From assembly GCA_963847445.1 (NCBI GenBank), contig CAWJZV010000018.1, positions 1 through 64,000 of the forward strand: a stretch of 64,000 nt of DNA, written 5' to 3'. The position numbers were made by a program, and so were the translations under genes. The notes beneath the pieces are model-generated. The model saw only the letters and a program-made list of their open reading frames with translations, was not told the DNA's origin and made no database searches. Below are positions 36,234 to 48,273 of the stretch, piece after piece (position 1 is the stretch's first letter; every line of letters starts with the position of its first letter). The stretch comes from an uncultured delta proteobacterium. GTDB lineage: Bacteria; Desulfobacterota; Binatia; UBA9968.

Positions 36234-37559
36234 ATGGATGTAAAACTTCCCCAACTCGCTGAAGGCGTAGAGGGCGGCACGGTGGTCAGCATCTTGGTCG
36301 CCGAAGGCCAGGTGATCGAGAAAAACCAGCCTTTCATGGAACTTGAAACCCAAAAAGCCGTGGGCTCCATCCCGGCGCCGAGCGCCGGCGTGGTCACTAA
36401 GATTCATGTCAAGCAAGGCATGGAAGTTAATATCGGCCAGACGCTGATCTCCATCGAGACCGCAGCCATCAGCGCTCCAGCTGCAGCCCCCGTGGCGCAA
36501 GCTTCGCCAAGCGTGGCGGCGAACCCAATCAGCTCTCCGACGCCACCCGGTGAACAATCTTCAAGCTCGGGGCAAGCGACAACCGTCGCGCCCGTTGACG
36601 ACTACCGCTACCAATCGAGTAGCGGCATGGCGCCGCCCGCGGCACCGGCGATCCGCAAAATCGCCCGTGAACTTGACCTCGACTTGACCAGGGTTCGCGG
36701 TAGCGAAGCCGGCGGGCGCATCAATATGGGCGATCTCAGAGCCTATGTTCGCAAGCTCCAAGATCTCGCCTTTCAAAACACAGCGCGGGCGGCTCCGGCG
36801 GCCGCGGCGTCGCCGGCAGCGAGGCCAACGGAGACCATCGACTTCGCCAAGTGGGGAGCGATCCGGCGCGAAAAGATGTCGCCGCTGCGGCGCACGGTGA
36901 GCCGGCGCATGGTGGAGTCCTGGACGTCGATTCCGAAAATCAATCAGTTTGCCGACGCCGATATCACTGCGCTGCTCGCCCTGCGCAAAAAGTACGCGCC
37001 CGCCTATGAGAAAAACGGCACGCATCTGACCTTGACATCGCTTCTCCTGTTCATTCTTGGCCGCGCGCTGAAAAACCATCCGCGCGCCAATGCGAGCATC
37101 GACGAAGTAGCGCTCGAGATCGTTTACAAAGACTACTGCCACATCGGCGTGGCCGTCGACAGCGAAGGCGGCTTGATCGTGCCGGTGCTGCGCGATGCCG
37201 ACAAAAAAGACTTGCTCCAGCTTTCCTCGGACTTGCACGCGCTGACGGAGAAAACCCGCCAGCGCAAGATTTCCATCGAAGAACTGCAAGGCGGCAGCTT
37301 CACCATCTCCAACCAAGGGAGCATCGGCGGCGGCCACTTCACGCCGATCATTTACGCGCCCCAGGTGGCGATTTTGGGCATCGGCCAGGGCCAAGCCAAG
37401 CCGGTCGCCATCGACGGCAAGATCGCCATCCGGACGATCCTGCCGCTCTGCTTAGCCTACGATCATCGCGTGCTCGACGGCGCCGACGCCGTGCGCTTTC
37501 TCAAAGACATCATCGCCGGCCTCGAAGCCTTCGCTGAAGCCGACATCAAAGTGAAATAG
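36234..37559 (+). CDS. aceF: Dihydrolipoamide acetyltransferase E2
   Basis: Lipoyl domain (ETQKA), E3-binding domain, YDHRVLDGA. Confidence 0.93.
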   Translation: MDVKLPQLAEGVEGGTVVSILVAEGQVIEKNQPFMELETQKAVGSIPAPSAGVVTKIHVKQGMEVNIGQTLISIETAAISAPAAAPVAQASPSVAANPISSPTPPGEQSSSSGQATTVAPVDDYRYQSSSGMAPPAAPAIRKIARELDLDLTRVRGSEAGGRINMGDLRAYVRKLQDLAFQNTARAAPAAAASPAARPTETIDFAKWGAIRREKMSPLRRTVSRRMVESWTSIPKINQFADADITALLALRKKYAPAYEKNGTHLTLTSLLLFILGRALKNHPRANASIDEVALEIVYKDYCHIGVAVDSEGGLIVPVLRDADKKDLLQLSSDLHALTEKTRQRKISIEELQGGSFTISNQGSIGGGHFTPIIYAPQVAILGIGQGQAKPVAIDGKIAIRTILPLCLAYDHRVLDGADAVRFLKDIIAGLEAFAEADIKVK

Positions 37560-37570
37560 CTCGACTGATT

Positions 37571-38991
37571 ATGGAACCGATTACGACGGAAATTCTGGTC
37601 CTGGGCGCCGGTCCAGGCGGCTACGCCGCCGCCTTCTACGCGGCGGACAAAGGCAAGCAGGTTACTCTGGTCGAGCAAAGCCCGCGGCTCGGCGGTATCT
37701 GCCTCAACGTCGGCTGCATTCCGTCGAAAGCCTTGCTCCACGCCACCGAAATCCTCCGCGAGAGCAAAGAGTCGGCGGCCCGCGGCATCGCCTTCGGCGC
37801 TGCGCAGATCGATCTCGATAAACTGCGTGCTTGGAAAATTGGCATTCTCGACAAGCTCGGCCAAGGGATCAAGACGCTCGCCGAGCATCGCAAAGTCAAG
37901 GTCATCCATGGCCGCGGCCACTTCGAAGACTCGCAGACGCTCAGGGTCGAAACTTCCGACGGGCAAAAGTTCGTCCGTTATGAAAAGGCGATCATCGCCG
38001 TCGGTTCCAAGCCGGCCCTGCCCAACGCTTTCGATCTCGGCAATCCTCGAGTAATGACATCCACCGGAGCCTTGGAGATTCCCGATATTCCGGAAAACCT
38101 GCTGGTCGTCGGCGGCGGCTATATCGGCATGGAGCTCGGCACGGTCTATGCGGCCCTCGGCAGCAAGGTCGTCGTGCTGGAAGCCTTACCGTCGATTCTT
38201 GCCGGCGTCGATGCCGACCTCGCCCGCCCGGTGATGCGCGCGGCACAGAAGGCCTTTAAAGAAATTCGCCTCAATACCAAAGTTTTGAAGATGGCCACCG
38301 CAGGTAAACAGATCAAAGTCACGATCGAAATGGACAAGCAGCCGCGCGATGAGCTCTACGATCGCGTACTCGTCAGCGTTGGCCGCACGCCCAATCTCGC
38401 CGACCTCGGTCTGGAAAACACCAAGGTCACCAAGGACGATAAGGGGTTTATTCACTGCAACGCCCAGCAGCAGACCGAAGATCCCAACATCTACGCCATC
38501 GGCGACGTCAACGGCGGCGCGCTGCTGGCGCACCGCGCGACCCGCGAAGGCAAGATCGCCGTCGAAGCGATTTTCGGCGAGCCCAGCGCTTTCGAAAACA
38601 TTGTCATCCCGGCGGTGGTCTATACCGATCCCGAGGTGGCCTGGTGCGGCCTCACCGAAGCCGAAGCCAAGCAGAAAAACATCGCCATCAAAGTCGCCAA
38701 GTTCTTGTGGGGCGCCTCGGGCAGAGCGCTGACTCTCGACCGCCCCGATGGCTTAACCAAGCTGATTATCGAACCGGAGAGCGAACGCATTCTCGGTGTC
38801 GGCGTGGTCGGCGCCGGCGCCGGCGAACTTGATCAGCGAAGGGGTATTGGCGGTAGAGATGGGCGCCACCGCACGCGACATCGCCGACTCGGTGCATCCG
38901 CATCCGACGCTGTCGGAAACCTTCATGGAAGCCGCGGAATCTTTCTACGGCACGGCGACGCACACTCTCGTCACGGCGCAGCGCCTCATGA
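37571..38991 (+). CDS. lpdA: Dihydrolipoyl dehydrogenase (frameshifts near 38830 and 38970)
   Basis: [34 protein letters not shown]. Confidence 0.95.
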
Positions 38992-39873
38992 CGGATCAAG
39001 CCCGGCGGCTGTTCCTGATCGACGGCAGCGCTTATATCTTTCGCGCCTTTTTCGCCATCCCGCCGCTGACCAACGGCGCCGGCCTGCCGACCAACGCGAT
39101 CTTCGGTTTCACCAACATCCTGCTGAAGTTCTTGAAGCAGTATCGGCCCGAGTATGTCGCCGTCGCTTTGGACGCCGGCCGGGTGACTTTTCGCAATGAA
39201 ATGTTCGCCGACTACAAGGGCAACCGCCCCGAAGCTCCGGCCGATCTGATTCCGCAGTTTCCCTATTTTCGCAAAGTCCTCGACGCCCTGAACTTGCCGC
39301 TGCTCGAACTGCCGGGTTACGAGGCCGACGACATCATCGCGACCTTGTGCGAGCGCTTGGCGAACCAGGGCTGCGAGCTGGTGGTCGTTTCGAGCGACAA
39401 GGATTTAATGCAGCTCGTCACCGACGGGATCAAGCTCTTAGACAGCGCCAAAGACCGTTGGATCGGCACGGATGAGGTACGCGAAAAGTTCGGCGTTACC
39501 CCGGAGCAAGTGACCCAAGTCATGGGCCTGATGGGCGACGCGTCCGATAATATTCCCGGCGTCAAAGGCATCGGTGAAAAGACCGCCAGCGCCTTGATCC
39601 AGCAGTTTCAAAGTTTAGAAAACCTCTTCGCTCATCTCGACGACATGGAGCAGATGAAACTGCGCGGCGCGCCGCGCATCCGGCAAATTCTCGAAGCCGG
39701 CAAAGATCAAGCCTTTCTGAGCCGCGCTCTGGCCACGGTCAAACGCGACGTGCCGCTCGACACGGGACTTGAAGAGCTTGAAATTTACCGGCTTCAATCT
39801 GGAAAAAATCCGCACGCTGTTTACCGAACTGGAATTCACCAACCTCATCAAGCTGATCGAAAACGGCGGCTGA
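38988..39873 (+). CDS. Stand-alone 5'-3' exonuclease (PolA N-terminal/FEN domain only)
   Basis: [45 protein letters not shown]; ends [15 protein letters not shown] with no polymerase domain. Confidence 0.88.
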
Positions 39874-40016
39874 ATCGCTCTGACTCTGTTGGTAAAATCC
39901 CCTGGCAACGGCTTGGCTTTGAACCGGGAACTATGGCAGATTAAACCAGCCGGGGGAAAAATCCCTACGGAGTCTCAACTCCGATCTATCCCCGCCACCG
40001 ATGCGAGGAGCTCACT

Positions 40017-41169
40017 GTGATAAATCGACAACGAATTAGGAATTTTCTCATCGAGCTGATCAAGATCGACAGCTTGTCGCGGCGCGAATATGACGTCGCC
40101 ATGCGCCTTAAACGGGAGCTGGAAGAACTTGGCGCGGCGGTCTCCATCGATGATGCCGGTGCGAAGGTCGGCGGCAACGTCGGCAATTTGATCGCCAAGT
40201 TTCCCGGCAACGCGCCGGCGAGCCAGCCGCTGCTGCTTTCCGCTCATATGGACACGGTGGTCCCCGGCGAAGGCATCGTACCGATCCTCGACGGTGATAT
40301 TCTGCGCACCGACGGCACCACCGTGCTCGGCGGCGACGATAAAAGCGGCGTCGCGATCATCTGCGAAGTCATGCGTGTCATAAAGGAGAACGGCCTGCCC
40401 TGCTCCGCCGTCGACGTCGTTTTCACGATTTGCGAGGAGGCCGGGCTGATCGGCGCCAAGTGTTTGGACATCGCGAGCCTGCGCGCGCGCACCGGCCTGG
40501 TGCTCGACAGCGACTCGGTCGGCTTCCTGTTCACCAGAGCGCCGGCGGCCAACCGCATGGAGTTTCGCGTCCACGGCCTGGAAGCCCATGCCGGGGTCTG
40601 CCCCGAAAAAGGCATCAACGCGATCAAAGTCGCCGCCGAGGGCATCGCGCAAATGCAGCTCGGCCGCATCGATCACGAGACCACGGCGAACATTGGCGTG
40701 GTCGAAGGCGGCATGGCGGTGAATATCGTGCCCAATCAAGTCGTCCTCAAAGGCGAGGCGCGCAGTCATGACTCGGACAAACTCAAACGCCAGACCGAAC
40801 ATATGCAGCGCTGCCTAGAAGAAGCCGCCGCCAGACATTCGTTGGAGTTCGACGGCAAGCGCCATCAAGCGCGGGTCGAAGCCAAGATCGAGCGCGATTA
40901 CGACCGCATGGATGTGCCGGAAAGCGCGCCCATCGTCCAGTTGGTTCACGCCGCCGCCAGAAATTTGCATCTCGACGTCAAAACCCGCGCCACCGGCGGC
41001 GGCTGCGACGCCAACGTTTTCAATCAAAAAGGGCTGGTGGTCGCCAACCTCGGCACCGGCATGCGCGAGATCCACACGGTGCAACGAATGGCTCGATTTG
41101 AAGGATCTCTATCTGTCGGCACAGATGGTTCTCGAAGTCGTCAGACTCAATGCAGCCGAAATCCAGTAA
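40017..41169 (+). CDS. M20 family peptidase (peptidase T-like)
   Basis: AHMDTV, GGDDKSG, EEAG, GGGCDAN, IHT. Confidence 0.92.
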
Positions 41170-41265
41170 GGAGTTCAGTCATATAGTTAGGAGTAAGGAG
41201 TATCGGATTGAAACCTTTTGCTCCTGACTCCTTACTCTTTACACTTCACTCTTTAATCCTTACTG
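41168..41265. repeat. 7-nt-period inverted repeat
   Basis: taggagtaaggagta ... ctcctgactccttactctttac. Confidence 0.55.
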
Positions 41266-41274
41266 TCTAAAAAC

Positions 41275-42721
41275 ATGAACACCGAAGAAATCGGTCTTTT
41301 ACTCAAACAAGAACGCGGTCAATTCCTCGAATTCATCAGCGCCTTCGAGTATCGGCGCAAATCCGGACAGAAAAAACGCGAGGAGGAGCTTTCCCGCGAG
41401 CTGGTGCGAGTCTTATCCGGCATGGCCAATGCCGACGGCGGCACGGTTTTAGTCGGTGTTGAGCCCGATAAGAGCGTCACCGGCATCCCCCACGATGGCG
41501 ACGAGCTGCAAACCTTGATTCAGGCGCCGCAGAACTTGCTCCGCCCCCAGCTCACTCCCGCCTGTGAAAAAGTTCGCTTGGGCAATCTGCAACTGCTCAA
41601 GTTCGAAGTCGCTTCGAGCATGGACATTCACCGCATCGCCGGCGGCCGTTCGTTTTACCGCATCGCCGCGGAAACCCCGGCCCTGCCGGCCGAGCAGATT
41701 CACTCGCTGAAAGAAGCCAAGCGCAACGTTTTTTACGAGCGCCAGCAAACCTTAAACGCCACTTGGTTCGACCTCGACACCGATCTGGTGAGCCAGTTCG
41801 TCAACAAACTGCATCCCGGTCAAGATCCCGCAGACGGTGTTAAGCCAGACCTATCATTTGCTCGACAACTCGCGCGCCATCCCCTGCCCCAACATGGCGG
41901 CGTTGCTGCTGTTCGCCAAAGAGCCGACGCGCTGGCATCCGCGCGCCGGCATCGACTTCGTCAAGTATGAGGGTAATGAACGGCAGCATGGCGCATCGCT
42001 CAACGTCGTCAAACGGATGCGCTTCGAAGCGCCGCTGGTGCGCTTGATCGACGAAGCGGTGGGCCGGATCAAGGAACAGGTGCGCGGCGCACCGTTCTGC
42101 ACGACTCTATTTTTCCGCGAACGCTTGGAGTATCCGACCTTTGCCTGGCAGGAAGCGCTGGTCAACGCGGTGGCCCACCGCGATTATTCGCTCACCGGCG
42201 CGTCCGTGGAAGTATGGATGTTCGACGATCACATCTGTGTGCGCAGCCCCGGCTTGCCGCCGGCGCCGGTGACGCTCGAACAGTTGCGCCTACAGAAAAG
42301 CATTCATTTCTCGCGTAATCCATTGATCGTCCGCGTGCTCGCCGATCTGGGCTTTGTGCGCGACATGGGCGAAGGCGTGCCGCGCATCTATCAAGAAATG
42401 GAGACCTACGGTCTCCACCCGCCGGAACTTTCCGCCGAAGGATTCGTTTTTACCGTGACTCTGCGCAACGCGCCGGTCTACGACGAAGCCACGCTGCGCT
42501 GGCTGAGCCAGTTCGCCAACAATCAAGTCAATCTGCGCCAACGCCGCTTGCTGGCTTACGCCTACTGCCATGGCAAGACCTTTTCGACCACGGAGTACGA
42601 GCGTATCGCCGAGGTCGACCGCGACACCGCCTACCGCGACATTCGCCTGATGGTCAAGAGCGGCATCGTCGCGCCGCTCAAACCGAAAAGCCGCAGCTAT
42701 CGCATCGTCGAAAAGCTTTAA
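41275..42721 (+). CDS. AlbA_2/Schlafen-domain protein with RecG-C (HATPase_c_4) and HTH domains (frameshift near 41835)
   Basis: MANADGGTVLVGV, EALVNAVAHRDY, SPG, RNPLI, GEGVPRI, RDTAYRDI. Confidence 0.88.
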
Positions 42722-42733
42722 GCGAACAAGGCG

Positions 42734-43725
42734 ATGAATTTCTCCCAGCTCATGGGTCTGGCCGGCGGCCATGTCGAGGCGCGCATCGTTCAGACGGCCG
42801 TTGAACTGGTCATTTTCGACGCACTCGAAGCCACGGATCTTGACGCACCGACTCTGGCGCAGACCTTAAAACTACATGAACCAGCAACGGAGCTGTTGCT
42901 CAACGCGCTCACCGCCGTCGGCTTGCTGGAAAAACATCGCAGGTCATTTTCGCTTGACGGAGGTTAGCCGGCGCCATCTGCTGCGCAGCTCGCCGCACTA
43001 CGTCGGCGCCATGATCGGATTCGATGCCATGTTGTGGCACGACTGGGAAAAACTTGCCGATGCGATCCGAACCGGTTTGCCAACCCGCCCGCCCAACATG
43101 TATCAGTCCGATGCGCGGGAAACCGAGGTCTTCATCAACGCCATGGACTCGTTGGTCAAAGCGCGCGGCGATGCGGAAGTTTTGACCGGTGTCCTTGACT
43201 GGTCCAAGGTCGAGTCGGTTCTCGATGTCGGCTCCGGACCCGCCACTTATCCGATTGCCTTATGCGAAAAATTTCCCGATTTGCGCGCGACCATCGTCGA
43301 TCTGCCGGGAACGTTGAAAATCACCGAACGCTTCGTGAGCAGGGCGAATTTATCGGCGCGTATCCAACTGATCGCCGGCGATTACCGCAGCGATCCGATC
43401 ATTGGCAGCTACGACGCGATCTTTGCTATCGAACATCATTCACGGTGAGAACGGCGACCGCAATGGCGCGCTGATACGCAAGTTGGCGGCGAATCTAAAG
43501 CCCGGCGGGCGCTTGATCGTTAAAGACCATATTCTCGACGATAGCCGCTCCCAGCCGCCGGTCGGGGCGATCTTCAGTCTGCTCATGCTTCTCACCACCG
43601 AGGGCGGCCGTTGTTATAGTTTCAAAGAGATTGAATCTTGGATGCATCAGAGCGGGAATGAACCGCGTCGAACACATCGAACTGCCTGCGCCGATGACTT
43701 CGTCCCTGGTCGTCGCTTCGAAGTA
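42734..43725 (+). CDS. SAM-dependent O-methyltransferase with dimerisation domain (frameshifted)
   Basis: LLNALTAVGLL, VLDVGSGPA, DLP, SNIIH, LKPGG. Confidence 0.85.
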
Positions 43726-43791
43726 GTTAGTCTCAGCCAGATTTTGTGCTAGAGTGGTTGTCATCGAACGGTAAAGGCGAGGGACCCGACC

Positions 43792-44091
43792 ATCGACGAG
43801 CAAGAACTAAAAGCCCGGCAGCAAGCGGTCATCGACAACCTCAAACCCGCCTGCATCTGTAACAAGATCCGCCGCGGCACCGTGGCCAAAGCGATTCAAG
43901 CCGGCGCTAAAACCTTCGAACAGATCGGTAAGCGCACCGGCGTCGGCACCGGCCCCTGCGGCGGGCGGCGCTGCGGCTCGCTGGTGCGCGGCATGCTCGG
44001 TGAACCGGTGACGACTTGCAATGACTGCGGCTGGCCGGTACTGGTCGGTACCGCTTGCCCGCGGTGTGAATATGCTAAGCAAGAAAGCTAG
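43792..44091 (+). CDS. BFD-like (2Fe-2S) protein with C-terminal zinc ribbon; start uncertain
   Basis: CICNKI..GTGPCGGRRC then CNDC..CPRC. Confidence 0.75.
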   Translation: MDEQELKARQQAVIDNLKPACICNKIRRGTVAKAIQAGAKTFEQIGKRTGVGTGPCGGRRCGSLVRGMLGEPVTTCNDCGWPVLVGTACPRCEYAKQES

Positions 44092-44136
44092 ACAAGCTCA
44101 TGACCTGCAAGGTTGAGCTCATTCCGCCCTATTTGG

Positions 44137-44622
44137 TTATTTCTTCAGACTGGCCGTTTTGCGCAGAAAACGCTTGCGCTGAGTGAGACAGGCCTTCTTT
44201 TTATCTTCGCCGCTATCTTCGGCGCGGCAAGCCTGGCAATTGGGGCAGATCCAGCCGCCGCAGGCGCATCGTCCGCCCGGTTTGCCGGCCAATCCGGGTT
44301 TGGTATTGAAGTTCTTTTGACAACGGACGCAGTTAATTGCGCTGGTGGCATCGAGGATTTCTAGATCTTCAGCGGGAGCGATGCAACGCGCAGCTTCACC
44401 GGTGACCACCACTCTATATTGAAATGCTTCTTTCGAGAGCGGCGTATCCAACAGCATCCCGCCCCTGGTGAAGCATGCCTTGATCGCCGTCGTGCCTTCG
44501 ATCTTGCCTTCGTATCCCTTATTCTTGTGGCGCACGACGGTGCCGTCGCGCAAACTAATCTCATGTTTTTCGTCCATAGATACCTTCTTGGTAAAAAGCC
44601 TCAGGTTCTCATTGCTCGTCAT
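44137..44622 (-). CDS. Hypothetical Cys-rich protein
   Basis: Open frame with CVRC, CACGGWICPNCQAC. Confidence 0.65.
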   Translation of the reverse strand: MTSNENLRLFTKKVSMDEKHEISLRDGTVVRHKNKGYEGKIEGTTAIKACFTRGGMLLDTPLSKEAFQYRVVVTGEAARCIAPAEDLEILDATSAINCVRCQKNFNTKPGLAGKPGGRCACGGWICPNCQACRAEDSGEDKKKACLTQRKRFLRKTASLKK

Positions 44623-44637
44623 ACTGGTTTCAACTTC

Positions 44638-44928
44638 TCACGAGGAATAAATATGCACGTCGTTTTCCTCGATGCGGCGGCCACGGGCGATGAGCTTGAT
44701 GATACTGCAAATGTTGCGGCTCACGTCCGTGATTCCCACCGCGGGATAACCGCTCTTGATATAACGACCGATAAACTTATCCTCGCCGACGTCGATGATC
44801 TGGAGATAGTCCTTGTTCTCGTTGCCTTCGAAGTAATGTTTCGTCCCCGGTGCGGGGCTATCGAGGTCGTTCTGTAACGCTTTCGATATCTTGATCCCGA
44901 CGAACAACGACTTAGACTCGTCAGCCAT
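44638..44928 (-). CDS. Hypothetical protein
   Basis: Clean 96-aa ORF with RBS, co-oriented with its neighbour. Confidence 0.65.
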   Translation of the reverse strand: MADESKSLFVGIKISKALQNDLDSPAPGTKHYFEGNENKDYLQIIDVGEDKFIGRYIKSGYPAVGITDVSRNICSIIKLIARGRRIEENDVHIYSS

Positions 44929-45069
44929 CTCACAGCTCCCTTCTCAAGCGTCGCACGCTCACACCGCGACAGGTGTTGCATTAGCCCGTAGGGGGGGCAG
45001 CGAACGCGCCTTCGATAGCCGCACCTAGCGGCCATGACGGTGGCCGTCGCGACATCGCTGGGCGAACCG

Positions 45070-45612
45070 TCAGTTGGCAATCTTCAAGGCGACGCCCATT
45101 GGCAATACGCTATCACCGATGCTCAAGGCGGTGGTTAGCTTTTCCATCTCCCAGGAGGAAACCTTCTCTGTCGAGATCGCTTCCTTGACCTTCGGATCGA
45201 CCTTCTGATCGGCTGACGGAAGTTTGATAATGTACTTGACATTACTGCCGTCGACCAGTGTCACGGAAAGAATCAGATCCTTGACCTCTTGCGCCCCCAG
45301 CGTCTGCAATGACGCGATGCGATTCAAGGCCACGGTCTTATCGACGGTATAATTATACAGCCAGACAAACGAACCGATGGTCGCGAACATTAGCAACCAA
45401 GCGAACTGCCCGACCCGCTTCTGTCGGTTCATGACAGTTATACGCTGGCGATCAAAAAACTGGCGAAAAGTGTCGCGTTCGATGGTCAGCCGCTTGGTTG
45501 GGTCTTGCTCGGCGGAGCTCGGCGGTTGATCGAACGATAAGCCCATGCTGTTTAAAACCATGCCGATGATGATCAAAACCAGGGGAATGAGCACGATAAC
45601 AATAGGATGCAT
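45070..45612 (-). CDS. Hypothetical membrane protein
   Basis: GGAGG RBS before MHPIVIVLIP; two TM helices. Confidence 0.65.
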   Translation of the reverse strand: MHPIVIVLIPLVLIIIGMVLNSMGLSFDQPPSSAEQDPTKRLTIERDTFRQFFDRQRITVMNRQKRVGQFAWLLMFATIGSFVWLYNYTVDKTVALNRIASLQTLGAQEVKDLILSVTLVDGSNVKYIIKLPSADQKVDPKVKEAISTEKVSSWEMEKLTTALSIGDSVLPMGVALKIAN

Positions 45613-45907
45613 ATTACTCCCTCCGCAAACGGATGCTTGAAATCCGCGGATATAGGAAGAGGGATGGGGTGCAAGACCGGGAAATCTTAGGGCGAAGCAT
45701 CGACGCCGCCAACCATGCCATTCGAAGGTGTAGCCCCGGTCTTCGACCTCTTGCGCGCCAATAGGATCGAGACATGATCCAGGGTACTGTATAGGAACAC
45801 CCGGCATGAAGCAAACTTAGGTCCAACCAAATTAGTCTTGTGATTCCGTGCAGTCCGAGCGTACCGGGATTGCAATCCCGCCAGCCCAAGTCTATACACA
45901 ATGCGCC

Positions 45908-46277
45908 ATGGTGATTCGTTACGCATCCGCCGTTGTCACTATCGCGGGGATACTCGGCTTCGTCTCAGGTCTAGTTTTCTGGGTCGGAGGCGCGCCAAGT
46001 TTAGTGACGATGCATATGTTGCTGGGCTTCTTAACTGTAATCGGGCTGTGGACCGTCGGCATCGCTCAAGCCCTCTCGACCGGCGGAAGCTGGATCTTGG
46101 CGGCGGTCGCATGCATTGTCGGAGCACTGACGATCTACATCGGCATGAATCAAGCCGCCATGCTTCCCGGAGAGCATCACTGGCTGGTTCAACTCAGCCA
46201 TTTACTCCTGGGTATCCTATGCATCGGTGTCAGCTCACATGGCCGCCGCGCGCCACCGCCGGGCAGCAGTTGGATAG
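45908..46277 (+). CDS. Small 4-TM membrane protein with helix histidines
   Basis: Four hydrophobic helices, MHMLLG and SHLLLG. Confidence 0.6.
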
Positions 46278-46330
46278 TATCGACAAACCCGTCCTTCGTT
46301 ATTAGCAACAGCAGCGTATTGACGGAGTGA

Positions 46331-47002
46331 TTATATCGGCCAACTCTCCAACCGATAGGCCTGTTCCCAAAACAAATATTCGTAGCGGCTGCTGAGAATG
46401 AACAAGTCCGCCATGCGCTTTTTCTCAGCGCTCGTCGCCGCGGCAGCGAGTTCATCCACAAGCCGAATCTGCTCGCGCACCGGCTGCCAAAAAGCCTCAG
46501 ACGCGTAGGTCTCGATCCACTGGCGATAGATTTTCGGCTTGGCGGGCCGGCTCCTGAATAAACGCTTGCCGGTTTCGCCGTAGATCCAATAACAAGGCAA
46601 CACCGCGGCCACCAACTCGCCCAGACTGCCGCCGCGCGCCACCGACTGTAAGTGATCGATGTACGCCTGCGTGCGCGGCCCCCTGGGCACGGCGTCCAAC
46701 TGTTTGCGCGACAGCCCCAACGTCTTGCCGAAGCTCGCGTGAAAGCTGCGCTCGACCTCCACCGCGCCCAAGGCGTGACGGCAAAAGAGTTCTAGGATTT
46801 CCAAATTCGGCGCCTTGGCGCCGCCAAGACAGAGCACCTGAGCGAAGTCGAGAAGATAAACATAGTCTTGCAAGATGAAGTAGGTAAACCGATTCATCGG
46901 CAAGGTCCCGGCCGCCAACTCATGGAGAAACGCATGTCCGTCAATCGCCCGCCAGATACGCTCGCTTCGCTGCCGCAGCTCGACGCTAAAGTTTTTTGCC
47001 AT
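46331..47002 (-). CDS. tenA: Thiaminase II / aminopyrimidine aminohydrolase
   Basis: QDYVYL, LPCYWIY, WIETYAS, YEYLFWEQAY. Confidence 0.92.
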   Translation of the reverse strand: MAKNFSVELRQRSERIWRAIDGHAFLHELAAGTLPMNRFTYFILQDYVYLLDFAQVLCLGGAKAPNLEILELFCRHALGAVEVERSFHASFGKTLGLSRKQLDAVPRGPRTQAYIDHLQSVARGGSLGELVAAVLPCYWIYGETGKRLFRSRPAKPKIYRQWIETYASEAFWQPVREQIRLVDELAAAATSAEKKRMADLFILSSRYEYLFWEQAYRLESWPI

Positions 47003-47205
47003 GGGCCAGCATTAACGAAAAAGTGTCGAGAAGAAAAGCGCCTCACCGTCGCGGCGGGCGCGAAAACAAATTGAACTTGCCGAGGCTTGGGCCGCTCCGC
47101 GCAGCCCAGCCAGGCCACGGAAAGAATGACGCGACCACGAAGTCGACGATAGCCGAAAGAACCTTTTCGTATGCATCGGGTTTTTCGTGGTGTAAATTTC
47201 GCCGA

Positions 47206-48222
47206 CTATTTCAATCCGTAACTGGCGGCGATCTTGTCGATGAAACCGCTCTCATCGAGCTTGCGAATCAAGCGGCTATCGATCAGATCTTCGACTTTGA
47301 CGCTGGCAATTTTCGGATTGAGCGTGGCCAGCAGGCGGCGAATGTTGCGCATCCCGTCCACCATGGGAATCGGCCGGCGCTCGACGCCGCTCAAGTAATC
47401 CTGATAGCCCTCCTCCGCCACCGCCGGATCGGAGATCTGAAACTTGCGCATCATAGTTTTGATCACCACCGCTTTGTTCGCTGGCGACATGCTGTAGGCC
47501 AGGCTCTCGACCAGCGTCATGAGGAGTTTTTCGGCGATGTCCGCGCGCTTTTGCAGGAACTCCGGTGAGACAACGATCGCTTGGCTGAGCAAGGGAATCT
47601 TCGCCGGCTGGAGCTCGGCAATGATGGTGAATCCTTTACTGCGCAGCCGGCGCACCAATGCGCCGTCGAGAACCGCCGCGTCTACCCGACCGGCTTCGAG
47701 TGCCTGCCCGACCAAAACCGAATCGCCGATTGGCTAGTAAATTGATGTTGTCACTCTTGTAATCTAGACCGACATGTTCCAAGGCCAGGATCGTATTGAT
47801 CCAGGTGGTGCCGCCGGGATTTTGAATGCCGAAGCGTTTGCCGCGCAACTCCTCGGCGCGCTTGAGGCTCGGATGCGCGACCAGGTATGGGTCAGGGTGC
47901 TGGAGATCGACGAGAGAATTTTCAGATAAGAACCCTGCCCCGCCGCACCCAACACCGAGGTGCCGCCGGTGTAGCCGACATCCATCTCGCCGGAGACCAA
48001 AGTCGCCACCAACGTCGCCGCGGCGCGCACCAGGACGATCTTGGGATCGAGACCGTACTTGGCGAACAGACCCTGTTCCTGGGCGAGATATAGCGGCGTA
48101 GTGCGCGGACTCACGGCGGCATAGCCGATGGTGATCTTGGTTTGCGCCGACACGAGCGAAAACTGCGCCGCGGTGATTAGTAGGAAAGCCATTAAGACAA
48201 GAACCGAACGGAAGCGATTCAT
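47206..48222 (-). CDS. ABC transporter substrate-binding protein, SsuA/NMT1-like (frameshifted)
   Basis: Signal peptide, GLFAKYGLD, LRGKRFGI, ALEAGRVDA, LDESGFID. Confidence 0.85.
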
Positions 48223-48273
48223 GCTCTTCCTCCTTAATTCTTGTTCGCAGTGCAAGATTGCCAAGCAACTAGC

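Noticed and set aside
38796-39944. Apparent LpdA-exonuclease fusion in the ORF track
   Set aside because: One indel near 38970 restores a TGA overlapping the exonuclease ATG at 38988
47003-47205. TPP riboswitch upstream of tenA
   Set aside because: The conserved CUGAGA and AGCGNAGG core motifs were not found
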